Shown here in pieces: positions 42,301 through 55,200 of a stretch of DNA of 64,000 nt. Below the pieces are notes generated by a model, which worked only from the letters and a program-made list of their open reading frames with translations, was not told where the DNA came from and made no database searches. The stretch is from assembly GCF_009914755.1 (NCBI RefSeq), contig NC_060926.1. One strand, written 5' to 3'. Position 1 is the stretch's first letter, and each line of letters begins with the position of its first letter. The position numbers and the translations under genes are program-made. This stretch comes from the human T2T-CHM13v2.0 reference genome, Homo sapiens.

Positions 42301-44020
42301 TCGTTGGAAACGGGATTACATATAAAAAGCAGACAGCAGCATTCCCAGAATCTTCTTTGTGATGTTTGCATTCAAGTCACAGAGTTGAACATTCCCTTTC
42401 ATAGAGCAGGTTTGAAACACTCTTTTTGTAGTATCTGGATGTGGACATTTGGAGCGCTTTCAGGCCTATGGTGAAAAAGGAAATATCTTCCCCTGAAAAC
42501 TAGACAGAAGCATTCTCAGAATCTTATTTGTGATGTGCGCCCTCAACTAACAGTGTTGAAGCTTTCTTTTGATAGAGCAGTTTTGAAACACTCTTTTTGT
42601 AAAATCTGCAAGAGGATATTTGGATAGCTTTGAGGATTTCGTTGGAAACGGGATTGTCTTCATATAAACTCTAGACAGAAGCATTCTCAGAAGCTTCATT
42701 GGGATGTTTCAATTGAAGTCAGAGTGTTGAACAGTCCCTTTCATAGAGCAGGTTTGAAACACTCTTTTTGTAGTATCTGGAAGTGGACATTTGGAGCGCT
42801 CTCAGGACTGCGGTGAAAAAGGAAATATCTTCCAATAAAAGCTAGATAGAAGCAATGTCAGAAACTTTTTCATGATGTATCTACTCAGCTAACAGAGTTG
42901 AACCTTCATTTGAGAGAGCAGTTTTGAAACACTCGTTTTGTGGAATCTGCAAGTGGATATTTGTCTAGCTTTGAGGATTTCGTTGGAAACGGGATTACAT
43001 ATAAAAAGCAGACAGCAGCATTCCCAGAAACTTCTTTGTGATGTTTGCATTCAAGTCACAGAGTTGAACATTCCCTTTCATAGAGCAGGTTTGAAACACT
43101 CTTTTTGTAGTATCTGGATGTGTACATTTGCAGCGTTTTCAGGCCTAAGGTGAAAAAGGAAATATCTTCCCCTGAAAACTAGACAGAAGCATTCTCAGAA
43201 ACTTATTTGTGATGTGCGCCCTCAACTAACAGTGTTGAAGCTTTCTTTTGATAGAGCAGTTTTGAAACACTCTTTTTGTAATATCTGCAAGAGGATATTT
43301 GGATAGCTTTGAGGATTTCGTTGGAAACGGGTTTGTCTTCATATAAACTCTAGACAGAAGCATTCTCAGAAGCTTCATTGGGATGTTTCAATTGAAGTCA
43401 CAGTGTTGAACAGTTCCTTTCATAGAACAGGTTTGAAACACTCTTTTTGTAGTATCTGGAAGTGGACATTTGGAGCGCTCTCAGGACTATGGTGAAAAAG
43501 GAAATATCTTCCAATAAAAGCTACATAGAAGCAATGTCAGAAACTTTTTCATGATGTATCTACTCAGCTAACAGAGTTGAACCTTTCCTTTGAGAGAGCA
43601 GTTTTGAAACACTCTTTTTGTGGAATCTGCAAGTGGATATTTGTCTAGCTTTGAGGATTTCGTTGGAAACGGGATTACATATAAAAAGCAGACAGCAGCA
43701 TTCCGAGTAACTTCTTTGTGATGTTTGCATTCAAGTCACAGAGTTGAATATTCCCTTTCATAGAGCAGGTTTCAAACACTCTTTTTGTAGTATCTGGATG
43801 TGGACATTTGGAGCGCTTTCAGGCCTATGGTGAAAAAGGAAATATCTTCCCCTGAAAACTAGACAGAAGCATTCTCAGAAACTTATTTGTGATGTGCGCC
43901 CTCAACTAACAGTGTTGAACCTTTCTTTTGATAGAGCAGTTTTGAAACACTCTTTTTGTAATATCTGCAAGAGGATATTTGGATAGCTTTCAGGATTTCG
44001 TTGGAAACGGAATTACATAT
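39400..44020 (+). repeat. Tandem duplication with period 2,377 bp (14-mer)
   Basis: CTACGATGAT at 39751/42128, AACCTTCATTT at 40524/42901, and ORFs at 39882/42259, 40561/42938 and 41506/43883. Boundaries are approximate. Confidence 0.82.
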
Positions 44021-47000
44021 AAAAAGCAGACAGCAGCATTCCCAGAAACTTCTTTGTGATGTTTGCATTCAAGTCACAGAGTTGAACATTCCCTTTCAGA
44101 GAGCAGGTTTGAAACACTCTTTTTGTAGTATCTGGATGTGGACATTTGGAGCGCTTTCAGGCCTATGGTGAAAAAGGAAATATCTTCCCCTGAAAACTAG
44201 ACAGAAGCATTCTCAGAATCTTATTTGTGATGTGCGCCCTCAACTAACAGTGTTGAAGCTTTCTTTTGATAGAGCAGTTTTGAAACACTCTTTTTGTAAA
44301 ATCTGCAAGAGGATATTTGGATAGCTTTGAGGATTTCGTTGGAATCGGGATTGTCTTCATATAAACTCTAGACAGAATAATTCTCAGAAGCTTCATTGGG
44401 ATGTTTCAATTGAAGTCACAGTGTTGAACAGTTCCTTTCATAGAACAGGTTTGAAACACTCTTTTTGTAGTATCTGGAAGTGGACATTTGGAGCGCTCTC
44501 AGGACTACGGTGAAAATGGAAATATCTTCCAATAAAAGCTACATAGAAGCAATGTCAGAAACTTTTTCGTGATGTATCTACTCAGCTAACAGAGTTGAAC
44601 CTTTCCTTTGAGAGAGCAGTTTTGAAACACTCTTTTTGTGGAATCTGCAAGTGGATATTTGTCTAGCTTTGAGGATTTCGTTGGAAACGGGATTACATAT
44701 AAAAAGCAGACAGCAGCATTCCCAGAATCTTCTTTGTGATGTTTGCATTCAAGTCACAGAGTTGAACATTCCCTTTCATAGAGCAGGTTTGAAACACTCT
44801 TTTTGTAGTATCTGGATGTGGACATTTGGAGCGCTTTCAGGCCTATGGTGAAAAAGGAAATATCTTCCCCTGAAAACTAGACAGAAGCATTCTCAGAATC
44901 TTATTTGTGATGTGCGCCCTCAACTAACAGTGTTGAAGCTTTCTTTTGATAGAGCAGTTTTGAAACACTCTTTTTGTAAAATCTGCAAGAGGATATTTGG
45001 ATAGCTTTGAGGATTTCGTTGGAAACGGGATTGTCTTCATATAAACTCTAGACAGAAGCATTCTCAGAAGCTTCATTGGGATGTTTCAATTGAAGTCACA
45101 GTGTTGAACAGTCCCTTTCATAGAGCAGGTTTGAAACACTCTTTTTGTAGTATCTGGAAGTGGACATTTGGAACGCTCTCAGGACTGCGGTGAAAAAGGA
45201 AATATCTTCCAATAAAAGCTAGATAGAAGCAATGTCAGAAACTTTTTCATGATGTATCTACTCAGCTAACAGAGTTGAACCTTTCTTTTGAGAGAGCAGT
45301 TTTGAAACACTCGTTTTGTGGAATCTGCAAGTGGATAATTGTCTAGCTTTGAGGATTTCGTTGGAAACGGGATTACATATAAAAAGCAGACAGCAGCATT
45401 CCCAGAAACTTCTTTGTGATGTTTGCATTCAAGTCACAGAGTTGAACATTCCCTTTCATAGAGCAGGTTTGAAACACTCTTTTTGTAGTATCTGGATGTG
45501 GACATTTGCAGCGCTTTCAGGCCTAAGGTGAAAAAGGAAATATCTTCCCCTGAAAACTAGACAGAAGCATTCTCAGAAACTTATTTGTGATGTGCGCCCT
45601 CAACTAACAGTGTTGAAGCTTTCTTTTGATAGAGCAGTTTTGAAACACTCTTTTTGTAATATCTGCAAGACGATAATTGGATAGCTTTGAGGATTTCGTT
45701 GGAAACGGGATTGTCTTCATATAAACTCTAGACAGAAGCATTCTCAGAAGCTTCATTGGGATGTTTCAATTGAAGTCACAGTGTTGAACAGTCCCTTTCA
45801 TAGAGCAGGTTTGAAACACTCTTTTTGTAGTATCTGGAAGTGGACATTTGGAACGCTCTCAGGACTGCGGTGAAAAAGGAAATATCTTCCAATAAAAGCT
45901 AGATAGAAGCAATGTCAGAAACTTTTTCATGATGTATCTACTCAGCTAACAGAGTTGAACCTTTCTTTTGAGAGAGCAGTTTTGAAACACTCTTTTTGTG
46001 GAATCTGCAAGTGGATATTTGTCTAGCTTTGAGGATTTCGTTGGAAACGGGATTACATATAAAAAGCAGACAGCAGCATTCCCAGTAACTTCTTTGTGAT
46101 GTTTGCATTCAAGTCACAGAGTTGAACATTCCCTTTCATAGAGCAGGTTTGAAACACTTTTTTTGTAGTATCTGGATGTGGACATTTGGAGCGCTTTCAG
46201 GCCTATGGTGAAAAAGGAAATATCTTCCAATAAAAGCTACATAAAAGCAATGTCAGAAACTTTTTCATGATGTATCTACTCAGCTAACAGAGTTGAACCT
46301 TTCTTTTGAGAGAGCAGTTTTGAAACACTCTTTTTGTGGAATCTGGAAGTGGATATTTGTCTAGCTTTGAGGATTTCGTTGGAAACGGGATTACATATAA
46401 AAAGCAGACAGCAGCATTCCCAGTAACTTCTTTGTGATGTTTGCATTCAAGTCACAGAGTTGAACATTCCCTTTCATAGAGCAGGTTTGAAACACTCTTT
46501 TTTTAGTATCTGGATGTGGACATTTGGAGCGCTTTCAGGCCTATTGTGAAAAAGGAAATATCTTCCCCTGAAAACTAGACAGAAGAATTCTCAGAATCTT
46601 ATTTGTGATGTGCGCCCTCAACTAACAGTGTTGAAGCTTTCTTTTGATAGAGCAGTTTTGAAACACTCTTTTTATAAAATCTGCAAGAGGATATTTGGAT
46701 AGCTTTGAGGATTTCGTTGGAAACGGGATTGTCTTCATATAAACTCTACACAGAAGCATTCTCAGAAGCGTCATTGGGATGTTTCAATTGAAGTCACAGT
46801 GTTGAACAGTCCCTTTCATAGAGCAGGTTTGAAACACTCTTTTTGTAGTATCTGGATGTGGACATTTGGAGCGCTTTCAGGCCTATGGTTTAAAAGGAAA
46901 TATCTTCCCCTGAAAACTAGACAGAAGCATTCTCAGAAACTTATTTGTGATGTGCGCCTTCAACTAACAGTGTTGAAGCATTCTTTTGATAGAGCAGTTT

Positions 47001-49269
47001 TGAAACACTCTTTTTGTGGAATCTGCAAGTGGATATTTGTCTAGCTTTGAGGATTTCGTTGGAAACGGGATTACATATAAAAAGCAGACAGCAGCATTCC
47101 CAGAAACTTCTTTGTGATGTTTGCATTCAAGTCACAGAGTTGAACATTCCCTTTCAGAGAGCAGGTTTGAAACACTCTTTTTGTAGTATCTGGATGTGGA
47201 CATTTGGAGCGCTTTCAGCCCTATGGTGAAAAAGGAAATATCTTCCCCTGAAAACTAGACAGAAGCATTCTCAGAATCTTATTTGTGATGTGCGCCCTCA
47301 ACTAACAGTGTTGAAGCTTTCTTTTGATAGAGCAGTTTTGAAACACTCTTTTTGTAAAATCTGCAAGAGGATATTTGGATAGCTTTGAGGATTTCGTTGG
47401 AAACGGGATTGTCTTCATATAAACTCTAGACAGAAGCATTCTCAGAAGCTTCATTGGGATGTTTCAATTGAAGTCACAGTGTTGAACAGTCCCTTTCATA
47501 GAGCAGGTTTGAAACACTCTTTTTGTAGTATCTGGAAGTGGACATTTGGAGCGCTCTCAGGACTGCGGTGAAAAAGGAACTATCTTCCAATAAAAGCTAG
47601 ATAGAAGCAATGTCAGAAACTTTTTCATGATGTATCTACTCAGCTAACAGAGTTGAACCTTTCCTTTGAGAGAGCAGTTTTGAAACACTCTTTTTGTGGA
47701 ATCTGCAAGTGGATATTTGTCTAGCTTTGAGGATTTCGTTGGAAACGGGATTACATATAAAAAGCAGACAGCAGCATTCCCAGAATCTTGTTTGTGATGT
47801 TTGCATTCAAGTCACAGAGTTGAACATTCCCTTTCAGAGAGCAGGTTTGAAACACTCTTTTTATAGTGTCTGGATGTGGACATTTGGAGCGCTTTCAGGC
47901 CTATGGTGAAAAAGGAAATATCTTCTCCTGTAAACTAGACAGAAGCATTCTCAGAAACTTATTTGTGATGTGCGCCCTCAACTAACAGTGTTGAAGCTTT
48001 CTTTTGATAGAGCAGTTTTGAAACACTCTTTTTGTAAAATCTGCAAGAGGATATTTGGATAGCTTTGAGGATTTCGTTGGAAACGGGATTGTCTTCATAT
48101 AAACTCTAGACAGAAGCATTCTCAGAAGCTTCATTGGGATGTTTCAATTGAAGTCACAGTGTTGAACAGTCCCTTTCATAGAGCAGGTTTGAAACACTCT
48201 TTTTGTAGTATCTGGAAGTGGACATTTGGAACGCTCTCAGGACTGCGGTGAAAAAGGAAATATCTTCCAATAAAAGCTAGATAGAAGCAATGTCAGAAAC
48301 TTTTTCATGATGTATCTACTCAGCTAACAGAGTTGAACCTTTCTTTTGAGAGAGCAGTTTTGAAACACTCTTTTTGTGGAATCTGCAAGTGGATATTAGT
48401 CTAGCTTTGAGGATTTCGTTGGAAACGGGATTACATATAAAAAGCAGACAGCAGCATTCCCAGTAACTTCTTTGTGATGTTTGCATTCAAGTCACAGAGT
48501 TGAACATTCCCTTTCATAGAGCAGGTTTGAAACACTTTTTTTGTAGTATCTGGATGTGGATATTTGGAGCGCTTTCAGGCCTATGGTGAAAAAGGAAATA
48601 TCTTCCAATAAAAGCTACATAGAAGCAATGTCAGAAACTTTTTCATGATGTATCTACTCAGCTAACAGAGTTGAACCTTTCTTTTGAGAGAGCAGTTTTG
48701 AAACACTCTTTTTGTGTAATCTGAAAGTGGATATTTGTCTAGCTTTGAGGATTTCGTTGGAAACGGGATTACATATAAAAAGCAGACAGCAGCATTCCCA
48801 GTAACTTCTTTGTGAAGTTTGCATTCAAGTCACAGAGTTGAACATTCCCTTTCATAGAGCAGGTTTGAAACACTCTTTTTGTAGTATCTGGATGTGGACA
48901 TTTGGAGCGCTTTCAGGCCTATTGTGAAAAAGGAAATATCTTCCCCTGAAAACTAGACAGAAGAATTCTCAGAATCTTATTTGTGATGTGCGCCCTCAAC
49001 TAACAGTGTTGAAGCTTTCTTTTGATAGAGCAGTTTTGAAACACTCTTTTTGTAAAATCTGCAAGAGGATATTTGGATAGCTTTGAGGATTTCGTTGGAA
49101 ACGGGATTGTCTTCATATAAACTCTACACAGAAGCATTCTCAGAAGCGTCATTGGGATGTTTCAATTGAAGTCACAGTGTTGAACAGTCCCTTTCATAGA
49201 GCAGGTTTGAAACACTCTTTTTGTAGTATCTGGATGTGGACATTTGGAGCGCTTTCAGGCCTATGGTTT

Positions 49270-52200
49270 AAAAGGAAATATCTTCCCCTGAAAACTAGAC
49301 AGAAGCATTCTCAGAAACTTATTTGTGATGTGCGCCTTCAACTAACAGTGTTGAAGCATTCTTTTGATAGAGCAGTTTTGAAACACTCTTTTTGTGGAAT
49401 CTGCAAGTGGATATTTGTCTAGCTTTGAGGATTTCGTTGGAAACGGGATTACATATAAAAAGCAGACAGCAGCATTCCCAGAAACTTCTTTGTGATGTTT
49501 GCATTCAAGTCACAGAGTTGAACATTCCCTTTCAGAGAGCAGGTTTGAAACACTCTTTTTGTAGTATCTGGATGTGGACATTTGGAGCGCTTTCAGGCCT
49601 ATGGTGAAAAAGGAAATATCTTCCCCTGAAAACTAGACAGAAGCATTCTCAGAATCTTATTTGTGATGTGCGCCCTCAACTAACAGTGTTGAAGCTTTCT
49701 TTTGATAGAGCAGTTTTGAAACACTCTTTTTGTAAAATCTGCAAGAGGATATTTGGATAGCTTTGAGGATTTCGTTGGAAACGGGATTGTCTTCATATAA
49801 ACTCTAGACAGAAGCATTCTCAGAAGCTTCATTGGGATGTTTCAATTGAAGTCACAGTGTTGAACAGTCCCTTTCATAGAGCAGGTTTGAAACACACTTT
49901 TTGTAGTATCTGGAAGTGGACATTTGGAGCGCTCTCAGGACTACGGTGAAAAAGGAACTATCTTCCAATAAAAGCTAGATAGAAGCAATGTCAGAAACTT
50001 TTTCATGATGTATCTACTCAGCTAACAGAGTTGAACCTTCCTTTGAGAGAGCAGTTTTGAAACACTCTTTTTGTGGAATCTGCAAGTGGATATTTGTCTA
50101 GCTTTGAGGATTTCGTTGGAAACGGGATTACATATAAAAAGCAGACAGCAGCATTCCCAGAAACTTCTTTGTGATGTTTGCATTCAAGTCACAGAGTTGA
50201 ACATTCCCTTTCATAGAGCAGGTTTGAAACACTCTTTTTGTAGTATCTGGATGTGGACATTTGCAGCGCTTTCAGGCCTAAGGTGAAAAAGGAAATATCT
50301 TCCCCTGAAAACTAGACAGAAGCATTCTCAGAAACTTATTTGTGATGTGCGCCCTCAACTAACAATGTTGAAGCTTTCTTTTGATAGAGCAGTTTTGAAA
50401 CACTCTTTTTGTAATATCTGCAAGAGGATATTTGGATAGCTTTGAGGATTTCGTTGGAAACGGGATTGTCTTCATATAAACTCTAGACAGAAGCATTCTC
50501 AGAAGCTTCATTGGGATGTTTCAATTGAAGTCACAGTGTTGAACAGTTCCTTTCATAGAACAGGTTTGAAACACTCTTTTTGTAGTATCTGGAAGTGGAC
50601 ATTTGGAGCGCTCTCAGGACTACGGTGAAAATGGAAATATCTTCCAATAAAAGCTACATAGAAGCAATGTCAGAAACTTTTTCATGATGTATCTACTCAG
50701 CTAACAGAGTTGAACCTTTCCTTTGAGAGAGCAGTTTTGAAACACTCTTTTTGTGGAATCTGCAAGTGGATATTTGTCTAGCTTTGAGGATTTCGTTGGA
50801 AACGGGATTACATATAAAAAGCAGACAGCAGCATTCCCAGAATCTTCTTTGTGATGTTTGCATTCAAGTCACAGAGTTGAACATTCCCTTTCATAGAGCA
50901 GGTTTGAAACACTCTTTTTGTAGTATCTGGATGTGGACATTTGGAGCGCTTTCAGGCCTATGGTGAAAAAGGAAATATCTTCCCCTGAAAACTAGACAGA
51001 AGCATTCTCAGAATCTTATTTGTGATGTGCGCCCTCAACTAACAGTGTTGAAGCTTTCTTTTGATAGAGCAGTTTTGAAACACTCTTTTTGTAAAATCTG
51101 CAAGAGGATATTTGGATAGCTTTGAGGATTTCGTTGGAAACGGGATTGTCTTCATATAAACTCTAGACAGAAGCATTCTCAGAAGCTTCATTGGGATGTT
51201 TCAATTGAAGTCACAGTGTTGAACAGTCCCTTTCATAGAGCAGGTTTGAAACACTCTTTTTGTAGTATCTGGAAGTGGACATTTGGAACGCTCTCAGGAC
51301 TGCGGTGAAAAAGGAAATATCTTCCAATAAAAGCTAGATAGAAGCAATGTCAGAAACTTTTTCATGATGTATCTACTCAGCTAACAGAGTTGAACCTTTC
51401 TTTTGAGAGAGCAGTTTTGAAACACTCTTTTTGTGGAATCTGCAAGTGGATATTTGTCTAGCTTTGAGGATTTCGTTGGAAACGGGATTACATATAAAAA
51501 GCAGACAGCAGCATTCCCAGTAACTTCTTTGTGATGTTTGCATTCAAGTCACAGAGTTGAACATTCCCTTTCATAGAGCAGGTTTGAAACACTTTTTTTG
51601 TAGTATCTGGATGTGGACATTTGGAGCGCTTTCAGGCCTATGGTGAAAAAGGAAATATCTTCCAATAAAAGCTACATAAAAGCAATGTCAGAAACTTTTT
51701 CATGATGTATCTACTCAGCTAACAGAGTTGAACCTTTCTTTTGAGAGAGCAGTTTTGAAACACTCTTTTTGTGGAATCTGGAAGTGGATATTTGTCTAGC
51801 TTTGAGGATTTCGTTGGAAACGGGATTACATATAAAAAGCAGACAGCAGCATTCCCAGTAACTTCTTTGTGATGTTTGCATTCAAGTCACAGAGTTGAAT
51901 ATTCCCTTTCATAGAGCAGGTTTGAAACACTCTTTTTGTAGTATCTGGATGTGGACATTTGGAGCGCTTTCAGGCCTATTGTGAAAAAGGAAATATCTTC
52001 CCCTGAAAACTAGACAGAAGAATTCTCAGAATCTTATTTGTGATGTGCGCCCTCAACTAACAGTGTTGAAGCTTTCTTTTGATAGAGCAGTTTTGAAACA
52101 CTCTTTTTGTAAAATCTGCAAGAGGATATTTGGATAGCTTTGAGGATTTCGTTGGAAACGGGATTGTTTTCATATAAACTCTACACAGAAGCATTCTCAG

Positions 52201-55200
52201 AAGCGTCATTGGGATGTTTCAATTGAAGTCACAGTGTTGAACAGTCCCTTTCATAGAGCAGGTTTGAAACACTCTTTTTGTAGTATCTGGATGTGGACAT
52301 TTGGAGCGCTTTCAGGCCTATGGTGAAAAAGGAAATATCTTCCCCTGAAAACTAGACAGAAGCATTCTCAGAATCTTATTTGTGATGTGCGCCCTCAACT
52401 AACAGTGTTGAAGCTTTCTTTTGATAGAGCAGTTTTGAAACACTCTTTTTGTAAAATCTGCAAGAGGATATTTGGATAGCTTTGAGGATTTCGTTGGAAA
52501 CGGGATTGTCTTCATATAAACTCTAGACAGAAGCATTCTCAGAAGCTTCATTGGGATGTTTCAATTGAAGTCACAGTGTTGAACAGTCCCTTTCATAGAG
52601 CAGGTTTGAAACACTCTTTTTGTAGTATCTGGAAGTGGACATTTGGAGCGCTCTCAGGACTGCGGTGAAAAAGGAACTATCTTCCAATAAAAGCTAGATA
52701 GAAGCAATGTCAGAAACTTTTTCATGATGTATCTACTCAGCTAACAGAGTTGAACCTTCCTTTGAGAGAGCAGTTTTGAAACACTCTTTTTGTGGAATCT
52801 GCAAGTGGATATTTGTCTAGCTTTGAGGATTTCGTTGGAAACGGGATTGTCTTCATATAAACTCTAGACAGAAGCATTCTCAGAAGCTTCATTGGGATGT
52901 TTCAATTGAAGTCACAGTGTTGAACAGTTCCTTTCATAGAACAGGTTTGAAACACTCTTTTTGTAGTATCTGGAAGTGGACATTTGGAGCGCTCTCAGGA
53001 CTACGGTGAAAAAGGAAATATCTTCCAATAAAAGCTACATAGAAGCAATGTCAGAAACTTTTTCATCATGTATCTACTCAGCTAACAGAGTTGAACCTTT
53101 CCTTTGAGAGAGCAGTTTTGAAACACTCTTTTTGTGGAATCTGCAAGTGGATATTTGTCTAGCTTTGAGGATTTCGTTGGAAACGGGATTACATATAAAA
53201 AGCAGACAGCAGCATTCCCAGAATCTTCTTTGTGATGTTTGCATTCAAGTCACAGAGTTGAACATTCCCTTTCATAGAGCAGGTTTGAAACACTCTTTTT
53301 GTAGTATCTGGATGTGGACATTTGGAGCGCTTTCAGGCCTATGGTGAAAAAGGAAATATCTTCCCCTGAAAACTAGACAGAAGCATTCTCAGAATCTTAT
53401 TTGTGATGTGCGCCCTCAACTAACAGTGTTGAAGCTTTCTTTTGATAGAGCAGTTTTGAAACACTCTTTTTGTAAAATCTGCAAGAGGATATTTGGATAG
53501 CTTTGAGGATTTCGTTGGAAACGGGATTGTCTTCATATAAACTCTAGACAGAAGCATTCTCAGAAGCTTCATTGGGATGTTTCAATTGAAGTCACAGTGT
53601 TGAACAGTCCCTTTCATAGAGCAGGTTTGAAACACTCTTTTTGTAGTATCTGGAAGTGGACATTTGGAACGCTCTCAGGACTGCGGTGAAAAAGGAAATA
53701 TCTTCCAATAAAAGCTAGATAGAAGCAATGTCAGAAACTTTTTCATGATGTATCTACTCAGCTAACAGAGTTGAACCTTTCTTTTGAGAGAGCAGTTTTG
53801 AAACACTCTTTTTGTAAAATCTGCAAGAGGATATTTGGATAGCTTTGAGGATTTCGTAGGAAACGGGATTGTCTTCATATAAACTCTAGACAGAAGCATT
53901 CTCAGAAGCGTCATTGGGATGTTTCAATTGAAGTCACAGTGTTGAACAGTCCCTTTCATAGAGCAGGTTTGAAACACTCTTTTTGTAGTATCTGGATGTG
54001 GACATTTGGAGCGCTTTCAGGCCTATGGTTTAAAAGGAAATATCTTCCCCTGAAAACTAGACAGAAGCATTCTCAGAAACTTATTTGTGATGTGCGCCCT
54101 CAACTAACAGTGTTGAAGCTTTCTTTTGATAGAGCAGTTTTGAAACACTCTTTTTGTAAAATCTGCAAGAGGATATTTGGATAGCTTTGAGGATTTCGTT
54201 GGAAACGGGATTGTCTTCATATAAACTCTAGACAGAAGCATTCTCAGAAGCTTCATTGGGATGTTTCAATTGAAGTCACAGTGTTGAACAGTCCCTTTCA
54301 TAGAGCAGGTTTGAAACACTCTTTTTGTAGTATCTGGAAGTGGACATTTGGAGCGCTCTCAGGACTGCGGTGAAAAAGGAACTATCTTCCAATAAAAGCT
54401 AGATAGAAGCAATGTCAGAAACTTTTTCATGATGTATCTACTCAGCTAACAGAGTTGAACCTTCCTTTGAGAGAGCAGTTTTGAAACACTCTTTTTGTGG
54501 AATCTGCAAGTGGATATTTGTCTAGCTTTGAGGATTTCGTTGGAAACGGGATTACATATAAAAAGCAGACAGCAGCATTCCCAGAAACTTCTTTGTGATA
54601 TTTGCATTCAAGTCACAGAGTTGAACATTCCCTTTCATAGAGCAGGTTTGAAACACTCTTTTTGTAGTATCTGGATGTGGACATTTGCAGCGCTTTCAGG
54701 CCTAAGGTGAAAAAGGAAATATCTTCCCCTGAAAACTAGACAGAAGCATTCTCAGAAACTTATTTGTGATGTGCGCCCTCAACTAACAGTGTTGAAGCTT
54801 TCTTTTGATAGAGCAGTTTTGAAACACTCTTTTTGTAATATCTGCAAGAGGATATTTGGATAGCTTTGAGGATTTCGTTGGAAACGGGATTGTCTTCATA
54901 TAAACTCTAGACAGAAGCATTCTCAGAAGCTTCATTGGGATGTTTCAATTGAAGTCACAGTGTTGAACAGTTCCTTTCATAGAACAGGTTTGAAACACTC
55001 TTTTTGTAGTATCTGGAAGTGGACATTTGGAGCGCTCTCAGGACTACGGTGAAAATGGAAATATCTTACAATAAAAGCTACATAGAAGCAATGTCAGAAA
55101 CTTTTTCATGATGTATCTACTCAGCTAACAGAGTTGAACCTTTCCTTTGAGAGAGCAGTTTTGAAACACTCTTTTTGTGGAATCTGCAAGTGGATATTTG

